From assembly GCA_024686575.1 (NCBI GenBank), contig GCA_024686575.1_4863.1: a DNA stretch of 64,000 nt. One strand, written 5' to 3'. The notes below the pieces were generated by a model. That model had not been told where the DNA came from and searched no databases. It saw only the letters and a list, made by a program, of their open reading frames with translations. The translations under genes and the position numbers were made by a program. The DNA is from a phage. This document shows, in pieces, positions 56,197 to 64,000 of the stretch (position 1 is the first letter of the stretch; each line of letters opens with the position of its first letter).

Positions 56197-57792
56197 TTAG
56201 CCCATCACCGCTTCCAACGGAATGCCTTCTTCATCGTCCTCATCTGTCTCAATAAGGAACTGGTTCTGCATACTGATTAGCTCGTTATGTAAAACCATGC
56301 CGTGTTCTACGCGGTCCACATCAGTAGAAGACATAAAGCCGTTATCTGGACGGAATTGGAGCGCCAACTTCATCTCAGTTTCATCGACTGGCAAACGTAC
56401 CTGGAACTGGTCACCATCGAAATCTCCATTTGCCATCTTTATCACACGGTCAGAGATACGCAGCGAACACTGGTTAACATCGGTAACAACTTCGTCGATG
56501 AACAGCGTCTGAATAGACAACTGTACCAGCGTCGGGTTACGCAGCGGTATGACCATGATCCCAAGACCACCTGGGGATTCGCGAATCAGTTCTTTAAAGA
56601 TTTCGTCTACAAGCGGGTCATACTGCATTGCCGCTTTTGCAACGATACGTTCACATTGCCGTGACGAATAACCCCGTCGTAGCAATTTATTCTCGATGTG
56701 GGTCGACATCAACCCAACCATCCAACGCCATGGTGCTTTTAACTTCCAGGCATCGTGTGGTTCTGAGATAGGTGAGATGGTTGCGCGACCACCGAACGGA
56801 ATATGGGTGGAACCCAATTTCGCGCGATAGTCACCCGGTTTACCTTCCATAGACTCACGACGGAAGTCCATGTGGAAGTACGTTAACTGACGGTTCGCTT
56901 TCAAAGCGCGACTAATCAGAAAACGCGGTTCGATCGCTTTACGCCGCGTATAAAGTAACGCGATATTTTTCACCGCATCAATAGCACCCGTGAACACTGG
57001 GTCTACCATGACACCACGACGACCTTCCTCAGTAACGATAAGTTTAGAGGAGATTAGCGGTAAGTGTCTTGGGAAGAATGCATGGCGTTGCGTTTCGAAT
57101 AGCTCCTTCCATTGTAAACGTAAGCGTTCGCCTTCAGCGGCGTTATGCCGATTAGGTGCGAAGATTTCCTTCCAGGCTTCTGGCGTGGTAAGGATGTTAA
57201 AGATACTAACGTGGTTATCAACCAGATTGCGCAAGCCACGAACGAAACCATGTTCTTCCAATACACGTTTCACAGCATGTGCGCGTTTACCGTCTGGTTC
57301 TTCTATAAGGTAATACGGGTCAATCATCCACATCATCAAGTCATTACCGCGTTCGATAGTGACCTTGTTACGTTCAAACTTCTTCAACTTGCTATTAAAG
57401 AAAGCATTGAACATTGCCCAGAATCGTGGGTTGACGAAGTTACCCATTTCATCAGGTGCACGTAACCATACATCGGATTCAATTCGATGTTCAGTTACAA
57501 CATAGCCACACGTCGGACACTTACAACCGAGATTGTAACGATGCGCGATCGGTGCCGGACAATCCAAACTACAAATCGGTGCAGAGTTCAGTTCTTCGTC
57601 AACGATTCTGTTCTGTACCATGCGATCGATAAGTTCAGCAACCTCGATCGCATCCCCGTTAACAGCGACATCGTTAATAATAGTGGGTGGTTTAATACCT
57701 TTGGCAGCAGCTTCTATTTGCAAATCGGACAAATAGTTATCCTGACTAACCAATCGGCCGGATATTCCGTAGAATTTTGGTACCTTTCTCAC
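56197..57792 (-). CDS. multisubunit RNA polymerase beta'-like subunit, N-terminal part
   Basis: 531 aa; zinc-finger-like CSLDCPAPIAHRYNLGCKCPTCGYV and catalytic-motif-like NGDFDGDQ (canonical NADFDGD); GTG start with GAGG RBS. Confidence 0.8.
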   Translation of the reverse strand: MRKVPKFYGISGRLVSQDNYLSDLQIEAAAKGIKPPTIINDVAVNGDAIEVAELIDRMVQNRIVDEELNSAPICSLDCPAPIAHRYNLGCKCPTCGYVVTEHRIESDVWLRAPDEMGNFVNPRFWAMFNAFFNSKLKKFERNKVTIERGNDLMMWMIDPYYLIEEPDGKRAHAVKRVLEEHGFVRGLRNLVDNHVSIFNILTTPEAWKEIFAPNRHNAAEGERLRLQWKELFETQRHAFFPRHLPLISSKLIVTEEGRRGVMVDPVFTGAIDAVKNIALLYTRRKAIEPRFLISRALKANRQLTYFHMDFRRESMEGKPGDYRAKLGSTHIPFGGRATISPISEPHDAWKLKAPWRWMVGLMSTHIENKLLRRGYSSRQCERIVAKAAMQYDPLVDEIFKELIRESPGGLGIMVIPLRNPTLVQLSIQTLFIDEVVTDVNQCSLRISDRVIKMANGDFDGDQFQVRLPVDETEMKLALQFRPDNGFMSSTDVDRVEHGMVLHNELISMQNQFLIETDEDDEEGIPLEAVMG

Positions 57793-57805
57793 TCTGTCAA
57801 CCTCA

Positions 57806-57845
57806 ACAAAAAAAGAGGGAAGGACGGAGGCGTTAGCCCCCGTCC
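57806..57845 (-). terminator. terminator-like stem-loop
   Basis: Imperfect hairpin GGACGGAGG...CCCCCGTCC preceded on the plus strand by an A-run; downstream of the 617-aa gene. Confidence 0.45.
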
Positions 57846-57874
57846 GTTTCCTAACTACTCAGTAACCGATTCGA

Positions 57875-59728
57875 TTACAGTTTGAAGTTGCTCAGAGACA
57901 CGCCCAGACCGAAATCGGAACCGCTTGCAGACAGGCCGTTGCCAGACAGCGTGAAGTCTTCCCCACCGTTGTTGAAGAACAGGGAGGTCGCCATCGTGTT
58001 GTAGGCATTTACACCAGTCATAGACCAGGTGCAGTTGTTACGGACGAAGTCCAGCAGGCATTTACCGAAGATCGGGTTGATAGCCATATCCAGAGATTCA
58101 CCGGTAGCTTGCGGTGCTTTGGATGCGAACAGAGAAGCGGCCAGTTTCAGCATGTAGATACGCTGCTGACGCTCGTTCAGTTCACGGTGGCTGTAGGACT
58201 GTGCGTTCAGGTAGCTATAGACGTCGTTCGCGTTATCACCCAGTTTGGTAACAACGGAAATCAGGTCCATATCCTGGAAGCTGCGTTTCTGTGCAGTACC
58301 GGTGTAAACACCGGAAACAGTCGGTACGGCTGCTTTCACGATGTGGCTGCAATGGATGGTACCATTGAAGGCATCGCCCAGCTGTGCTTTCAGTGCAGAA
58401 GCAAATACTGCAGTGAAGCTGGTCGCTGCAACAACTTCGCCGTTCTGATCACGCGGGGACATGGAATTCAGAATAGCGAGCAGCTGTTTCAGAGAGTTGT
58501 CGTAACCGACCGCAATTTCAGACAGCATAGTAGACAGACCACCCAGGCCGTTACCGGCACGATGGCTAACTACCAGTGCTGCTTCACGCGGTGCGAACAT
58601 ATCCAGGCAACCTTCGATAGCTTCACGGCTACCGTCGATTTTGGATACATCAGGACGAGCGTCAGCACCCCAGGACAGGTATTCTGCCACACGGGAGAAC
58701 TTGCGATCTTGTTTGTTCAGGCGTTTCACAAACAGGTCACGCCAGCCACCGATTGCCGCGATTTCTGCAAATGCAGCCAGCAGCAGCAGTTGACGTTCAT
58801 ACGGTGCCATTGCACCTTCAGTTTGAGAATCGACCAGACTTACTACGATTTCAGCCTGCAGCTGTTTCAGGTCGTAGACGCCGTTAACGACAGGCTTCTG
58901 ACCGGTGAAACGCATATTGACGAAACCGGTACCGGATACACGCGGATACACCTGTACCTGATTGGTGTCCAGCAGAGTCGGAGTGGCATCGGTTACGTTG
59001 CTTGGGCTGTGCTCAACGGTGATTGCGAAATCAGCACGTTGTGCGTGGCCGTTAGCATCCACAACCGCGCCATCTTCCAGCGGCATTACTGAGGCCTGAT
59101 AACGGTCATGCTTACGCAGGTTCAGTGTACCCAGGTAGCCTGCGATACGACCGAAGATTCCCATCATCATCTGACCCATCAGGGTACGTGCCCACTCAGC
59201 ATCCAGAACTTTACCCAAGTCTGGTACGGAGTTGATGATCATGAAGTTCGCATTGGTCAGACCATGCGCTTCCATGATGTTTTTCTGTACTACTGCCAGC
59301 ACGTCTTTGTTGAACAGTTCAGTGATGGTGTAGTAGTCTTCCTGGCCGTTGTTGGTGGTTTCTTTCAGACGCAGAGACTGACCGCGTTCAAAGAAGATAA
59401 TACCGTACAGCCAGTGGCCCTGCCATTGGCCTGCGACGTACGCCGCGGAACCCATTTCGTTACCCACGCCGACGATGGTGCCCCAGCGGAATGCGTTGAG
59501 GTATTCGTTGCTTTTCTTCAGCTCATCCAGGAGGTTGGTGAAGTGCATTGCATAAGTGCTGATGTTGCGGATGCCAAATGCGTTATCGAATTGGCTGACA
59601 GTAGAAGTACCCGGCACAGCAGTTTGCACTTTTACAGTCTCGTTGCCCAGACCGCCCAGTGGTGCGGTGTCTTGAGTCTGAGTGTTGTTCTGCTGAGCGT
59701 TGTTGTTAGAGTCAACGATTTTTACCAT
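57875..59728 (-). CDS. abundant-protein candidate (nuclear-shell-like or major structural protein); function unassigned
   Basis: 617 aa; ATG with AAGGA RBS; two copies of the 15-mer motif upstream (59774-59788, 59868-59882) and a terminator-like hairpin downstream; Gly/Ser-rich C-terminus. Confidence 0.6.
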   Translation of the reverse strand: MVKIVDSNNNAQQNNTQTQDTAPLGGLGNETVKVQTAVPGTSTVSQFDNAFGIRNISTYAMHFTNLLDELKKSNEYLNAFRWGTIVGVGNEMGSAAYVAGQWQGHWLYGIIFFERGQSLRLKETTNNGQEDYYTITELFNKDVLAVVQKNIMEAHGLTNANFMIINSVPDLGKVLDAEWARTLMGQMMMGIFGRIAGYLGTLNLRKHDRYQASVMPLEDGAVVDANGHAQRADFAITVEHSPSNVTDATPTLLDTNQVQVYPRVSGTGFVNMRFTGQKPVVNGVYDLKQLQAEIVVSLVDSQTEGAMAPYERQLLLLAAFAEIAAIGGWRDLFVKRLNKQDRKFSRVAEYLSWGADARPDVSKIDGSREAIEGCLDMFAPREAALVVSHRAGNGLGGLSTMLSEIAVGYDNSLKQLLAILNSMSPRDQNGEVVAATSFTAVFASALKAQLGDAFNGTIHCSHIVKAAVPTVSGVYTGTAQKRSFQDMDLISVVTKLGDNANDVYSYLNAQSYSHRELNERQQRIYMLKLAASLFASKAPQATGESLDMAINPIFGKCLLDFVRNNCTWSMTGVNAYNTMATSLFFNNGGEDFTLSGNGLSASGSDFGLGVSLSNFKL

Positions 59729-59773
59729 TTTAAATATTCCTTAATAGTGATTGCAATCATAGTTCGGTTCGCA

Positions 59774-59788
59774 GAGATAATATCTGCC
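59774..59788 (-). promoter_or_regulatory. 15-mer variant AGATAATATCTGCCT, copy 6
   Basis: Two mismatches; 46 nt upstream of the 617-aa gene start (59728). Confidence 0.45.
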
Positions 59789-59867
59789 TGTAATTTCATG
59801 GAATGCAAGTATGCCGTCGCTTACTTACAAGGCACATAGTCCAGACATTTCTCAGGAACTGTCACAT

Positions 59868-59882
59868 AGATAATATCAATCT
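59868..59882 (-). promoter_or_regulatory. 15-mer variant AGATAATATCAATCT, copy 7
   Basis: Two mismatches; second copy in the same intergenic region, also about 50 nt upstream of the + gene start at 59935. Confidence 0.4.
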
Positions 59883-59934
59883 GAGATATTTTTGACTGTG
59901 ACTGACTTCCTATGTGGAATCTAAGGAGTCTGCC

Positions 59935-61002
59935 ATGTTCAGCCAAGCCGAGTTAAACCAAGTGGCCATAAAGGGTCACAGCACGGACCCCTCCGCTATA
60001 ACATTAGCGGCTCACGTAAAAAACAACAGCCAGCGTATACGCAACTACTTCGAACAGCTTAATCGCAGTGCTGGTAATGGCCATTTGTTGCAACAGGTGT
60101 TGTCTGCCATCGGCTATGCCGGTGAACCAGAGTACGAAGACATCGAATGGGCTTGCCGTCGCAAGCTTGTTCAGATCGGTAACGCCTTACGCTTAACGTC
60201 TGTTGGTGAGTACGGTCAAATCTTTAATAGCAAGTTTATCCAGGGCCAAGATGAGGTAATCTCTCTCGTAGCCCGCCCAGTAAATCCAGACCTTTCGTTC
60301 CGCGACTACACCCCCGCCCGTTACCTCTACCATGAGTATACCAACCTCAATTGGAAGTTCGGTGACGGACGGCCCCGAGGTGTTACGGTGATCGAAATCA
60401 ACCTGGTTGCTTTGCTTTGGCAATATGTCAAAGGTCAGCAGCACTACAGTCGCGGCACCGAACCTATTGCCACACCTGTGTATCTCCAACGACATGTGAT
60501 CTCTCGCATGTTGCCGAGCTACATGGATATCGCCTTTGTAAATATACATCGTGCGATAGCCTTCGGGAAAGAGATTGAACCGGATGAAACGTTACGTGTC
60601 ATTCCTGTTCCGCCGCTTCAAGCTTTAGCTGTGAAGCACGCAAAAGGCATCCGTAGTAAACTACTGGCTGCCAACCCGTTACCGGGACAAGTCTTAAACA
60701 ACATCCCATTGTTCTTCCAACATCCTGGTGAAGAAGGCCATACAGCACTGGAACTGATTGTCTTTCGAGAACCAGGTCAAACACTGCAGAACACCTGGCA
60801 CCAGAACATGGTGAACTGGTACTGGGCACTGTTTTGTCTTCAATACAACCAGGGGAATATGGAGAAACACAAACGTACGATGTTGGTTGATTTGGCGCGT
60901 TATGTGGACTCTAAAGTCCTCACACGTTTGACCAAATCCTTCTATAACTTTATCCAACGCGATTTGATTATCCCGTTGACGACAGAGCTAGAAGAAAAAT
61001 AA
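59935..61002 (+). CDS. hypothetical protein
   Basis: Track ORF starts at 59914; the ATG at 59935 (MFSQAELNQ...) is preceded by AAGGAG; strong terminator at 61055-61088. Confidence 0.5.
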   Translation: MFSQAELNQVAIKGHSTDPSAITLAAHVKNNSQRIRNYFEQLNRSAGNGHLLQQVLSAIGYAGEPEYEDIEWACRRKLVQIGNALRLTSVGEYGQIFNSKFIQGQDEVISLVARPVNPDLSFRDYTPARYLYHEYTNLNWKFGDGRPRGVTVIEINLVALLWQYVKGQQHYSRGTEPIATPVYLQRHVISRMLPSYMDIAFVNIHRAIAFGKEIEPDETLRVIPVPPLQALAVKHAKGIRSKLLAANPLPGQVLNNIPLFFQHPGEEGHTALELIVFREPGQTLQNTWHQNMVNWYWALFCLQYNQGNMEKHKRTMLVDLARYVDSKVLTRLTKSFYNFIQRDLIIPLTTELEEK

Positions 61003-61054
61003 GACTTACTCTCTCCTCGCGAACACTCTTTCGAGTATTCATACTATATACAAA

Positions 61055-61088
61055 AACTACACACTTCGGTGTGTAGTTCTTTTTTTGT
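61055..61088 (+). terminator. rho-independent terminator
   Basis: Hairpin AACTACACAC-TTCG-GTGTGTAGTT followed by TCTTTTTTTG; downstream of the + gene ending at 61002. Confidence 0.65.
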
Positions 61089-61665
61089 CTGTCTATTATT
61101 TTATCGTCTCCGTGAGATCACTTGCGTACGGTTTACCCCACACAGTGATTTTACGTTTCCGTTTGGCATCCAATGCCGTGATATGCACCGTTTCGCCTGC
61201 CTGATGCAACTCAATATCCACACAACCTCGTTCTTCGAGGTCGCGACGGATTGCGGTTATCATCTCTGTGGACTTCCCACTATTTCGATACATACCCTTC
61301 CACCCGTACGTTTAAACCGCCTATTGCTGCAAACCAACCGTCGAGAGGATTGTCAAATTGCTTGTCAATAGACACAACCGGTTTCACGGTTTTCCAACGA
61401 TCATCGCGTGGCGATACTGAACCTTCACACGATGCCATTGTTTGAAACTGCGTTGGCAAAGACAACACATGCTGCCGTACCAGGTTAGGCTGGCTGTGCA
61501 AATAGAGCTGTCGCCAGCCCCAGTTATTTGCTTTACTGTTTCGTTTCGACACAATGTTCATCCTTTAGATAAGATAACCAAAGATTGAGTAGCGCCGTCG
61601 GTACCGGTGCTGGGTCCACCCACGTAACGGTTATTGTTTGTGGTACACACGATCGTGACTTATTC

Positions 61666-63945
61666 TTACTCCTCCGCTTCTTCCCCATCTTCTTCCTCTC
61701 CATCACGTTCAGATTTCTTAACGTACTCACCACTACCTAATTCTTCCTTGACGGAATCTACAGACTCACCGTAGTAATCCGAAAGCAGACGAGTTCTGTT
61801 CTTGTCCATCATGAACACACCCAGACATTCCAGAATGTGATAGTAAGGTTCTACTGTGGAGAATGCGCTTCGACGTGTGTCTGCAGCATCAATCAGCTCC
61901 GGCGGAATGCCGAAGTTTTCCACCAGGAACTCTGGCAGTATCAGAGTGCGATAGGTACGATAGTTGTTTTCTTCGAACCACCGTGTTGCGGTGGTCTTAA
62001 TCATCGGGTCTTTAATGTTTTCCAGCCACTCTTTAACGGCTGTTTTGTTCTCCAGGTTTACCGGAAGTTTCACGGCGTCATAAGGCGGTTCGTCCAGGTA
62101 GCCGTACTTCGGTCCAAAGATAGCGTTGTACATGCGGTGGTAATGGTAACTCTTTTCATCATCTTCAGAGTACGCACTACGGTCTTTGACGTTGGTTGTT
62201 TTCAGGTAGCCTGCTTTACCAGCGCGAATAGAATCCACCACAACGTGCTCAATTGCAGCAACCTTTTCCAGCAGAGGCAGAATCTTAATCTTGTCACCTC
62301 GTGCCACGATCTCACAGAGTTCTTTAATCGTGCGTTTGAACTCTTTCATGACCACCGGAGGAATGTTCGACGTACGTAAAGACACGCCCTTAACTTCTAA
62401 CTCAGGGTCAGACTTCAACTGCCCTTCCTGGCCAGTGATGATGGAGAAATAGTGTTTTGCTTTCGTGGTTAACGCAAAGGAGTCGAACTTAAATTCGTTC
62501 TTCATTGCGTACAAAAACAGACGCTCTTTCGCCACACCGATATTCGCCGACATACTCGCCATCAGATGACGTAAGTGCTGGGTTGCGATATAAATCATCG
62601 CATCCGATACGCGCGTAGCTTCACGACCGTAATGTTGACCGGTATACCACTGCGCCCACCACTGTGCAGTCATCATCGTGGAGTCGGTATCAGATACCAC
62701 GCCAACACGACGAACCACGTCAGGCATCCTGGCAATGTTGATTGGCAGGTTTTTGGTGGTCAGGATATTACGAATCAAGCACGCGTACTTACCGATGGTT
62801 TTCTGCAGATACACAGCTGAGCGAATCAGCTCTTTGTATTTTTCCTGCTTATCCCACGGTTCCGCTTTGTTCGTGTTTTCGTCTTTGAGTTTAACGTCAG
62901 AGAACGACTTACCTAACGGCACGATATCAGTACGGAACTGCGAGATAATGATCTGCATGTCACCGTCGATAGAGCGCTCAGCAGCATCCCAATCGGTGAT
63001 CTCGTCTTCCGTCTCCTCGGCAATCAGCGCACCGATAAATCCGCGCATGAATTCATCGTTATATTTCGCCAGGTGGTAGAAGTCACCCATGTAGACAAAC
63101 GCTGCACGTACCAGCGGGCTACAATTACCGACGTAGTGACGAATGAACTCTAGCCCTTCGTCGTTACGGAAGTAAAACTCTGCAGAATACATAACCACTT
63201 CCATAACCTCGTCCACTGTTGGGTAGTGGAGGTTATAGAGTTCCATACACTTCTTGAACTCAGCAAAGTTAGTCAGTGTACCGATAGAGAGTAGGTGGTC
63301 GATGACACGAGACGGCGTGTCGTAGTGACGATTACCGCCCAGTAGTCGTTCGTTGCCCGCATTACCGAATGATGTAGCTGTACGGCAGGTTGACGTCAAT
63401 ACAGAGTGCGAAGACTGGTTAAAGATTACCGTGTACGGTGATGAGAATGCACCCGACATCCCGTTGTTCAACGTCTTAACAGCGTTCTGTTCGTTCTTTT
63501 TGTTAATACGTAAAACTTCGTTTCCTGCAGCACCGGCTGCATACATCTCTTTCTTAACCACCGCACGCTTACGCACGTTCTCTGCCGTAAATTCAGCAAG
63601 CTTAGAACGCTTTACGTGTTCCGGCAAATAGAAGGTCAACGACGGTGCAGAAATGATCTGCTTATCAATCACTGTACGGAACAGTTTATCTACCGTGGTG
63701 TATTTTTCTTCGCGATCGCCGGTCTTTTGATTGCGCACCCACATCTTACACACGGGGAATTCGTGTACTAACTCACCACCAGGTTGGAACATTTCTTCGA
63801 CCTGCTGTCGACAGAACTCCAAAGAATATTTCCCGTTGGTGACGGTATGAATGTAGAGCGCCAGTTGTTCGTAGTACGCATCGATAACGTCAATGTCGCG
63901 ATGATACTCGTCTTGACTAAGACGAAATGGTGAATTGTAGTCCAC
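61666..63945 (-). CDS. DNA polymerase (family B-like), C-terminal polymerase part (putative)
   Basis: 759 aa; KTLNNGMSGAF (motif B-like K-x3-N-x3-G-x-F) and GVVSDTDST (motif C DTDS); GTG start with AAGGGG RBS. Motif-level evidence only. Confidence 0.45.
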   Translation of the reverse strand: MDYNSPFRLSQDEYHRDIDVIDAYYEQLALYIHTVTNGKYSLEFCRQQVEEMFQPGGELVHEFPVCKMWVRNQKTGDREEKYTTVDKLFRTVIDKQIISAPSLTFYLPEHVKRSKLAEFTAENVRKRAVVKKEMYAAGAAGNEVLRINKKNEQNAVKTLNNGMSGAFSSPYTVIFNQSSHSVLTSTCRTATSFGNAGNERLLGGNRHYDTPSRVIDHLLSIGTLTNFAEFKKCMELYNLHYPTVDEVMEVVMYSAEFYFRNDEGLEFIRHYVGNCSPLVRAAFVYMGDFYHLAKYNDEFMRGFIGALIAEETEDEITDWDAAERSIDGDMQIIISQFRTDIVPLGKSFSDVKLKDENTNKAEPWDKQEKYKELIRSAVYLQKTIGKYACLIRNILTTKNLPINIARMPDVVRRVGVVSDTDSTMMTAQWWAQWYTGQHYGREATRVSDAMIYIATQHLRHLMASMSANIGVAKERLFLYAMKNEFKFDSFALTTKAKHYFSIITGQEGQLKSDPELEVKGVSLRTSNIPPVVMKEFKRTIKELCEIVARGDKIKILPLLEKVAAIEHVVVDSIRAGKAGYLKTTNVKDRSAYSEDDEKSYHYHRMYNAIFGPKYGYLDEPPYDAVKLPVNLENKTAVKEWLENIKDPMIKTTATRWFEENNYRTYRTLILPEFLVENFGIPPELIDAADTRRSAFSTVEPYYHILECLGVFMMDKNRTRLLSDYYGESVDSVKEELGSGEYVKKSERDGEEEDGEEAEE

Positions 63946-64000
63946 GTCTGGCCCCTTGGTTTTTACTCAGCTATAAGACTTGCGGGATACGTGAAAAAAG

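Noticed and set aside
58109-59839. Two + strand ORFs (327 aa and 243 aa)
   Set aside because: Antisense to the 617-aa minus-strand gene, which has RBS, promoter and terminator support; they look like shadow ORFs with Cys/Gln/Val-rich composition.
61096-61561. Two overlapping small minus-strand ORFs (65 aa and 93 aa) between convergent genes
   Set aside because: No convincing RBS at proper spacing and they sit in a region containing a terminator; they may be remnants of a degraded gene but are not called.
1-64000. Search for tubulin (GGGTGSG), CRISPR repeats, tRNA cloverleafs and rRNA
   Set aside because: No tubulin signature, no regularly spaced direct-repeat array and no convincing tRNA-like structure were seen by eye; absence is not proven without tRNAscan or covariance-model searches.

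Overview
This window reads as a densely packed, almost entirely protein-coding segment of a large (jumbo) dsDNA phage of the phiKZ-like, nucleus-forming type, with enterobacterial-looking codon usage. About 55 genes are present, roughly 85% on the minus strand, with short plus-strand islands. The family assignment rests on split multisubunit RNA polymerase genes: a beta' N-terminal part with a zinc finger and an NGDFDGD catalytic motif (56197..57792), a beta C-terminal part (43854..46091), and a translationally coupled beta' C-terminal part carrying a trigger-loop-like motif (41749..43854). Other recognisable genes are a dihydrofolate reductase (15378..15929), an Mre11/SbcD-type metallophosphatase nuclease (52937..54088), an HExxH membrane metallopeptidase (29636..30988), an SSB-like protein (51382..52038), and a family-B DNA polymerase that appears split into an exonuclease part (31059..32843, + strand) and a polymerase part (61666..63945, - strand). 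The most striking element is a 345-aa intein with a two-motif LAGLIDADG homing endonuclease inserted next to the P-loop of an SF2 DExH helicase (intein 40215..41249 inside CDS 38958..41702). Regulatory structure is also visible: a 15-mer AGATAATATCTATCT occurs seven times (five exact copies, two near-copies) 30-46 nt upstream of minus-strand starts, a second 26-mer occurs twice, and there are many stem-loop terminators with CGAA-type loops. Most remaining ORFs are hypothetical, with structural roles inferred only from size and context; no rRNA, tRNA or CRISPR array was recognised by eye. Functional calls come from motif recognition in the supplied translations, not database searches.
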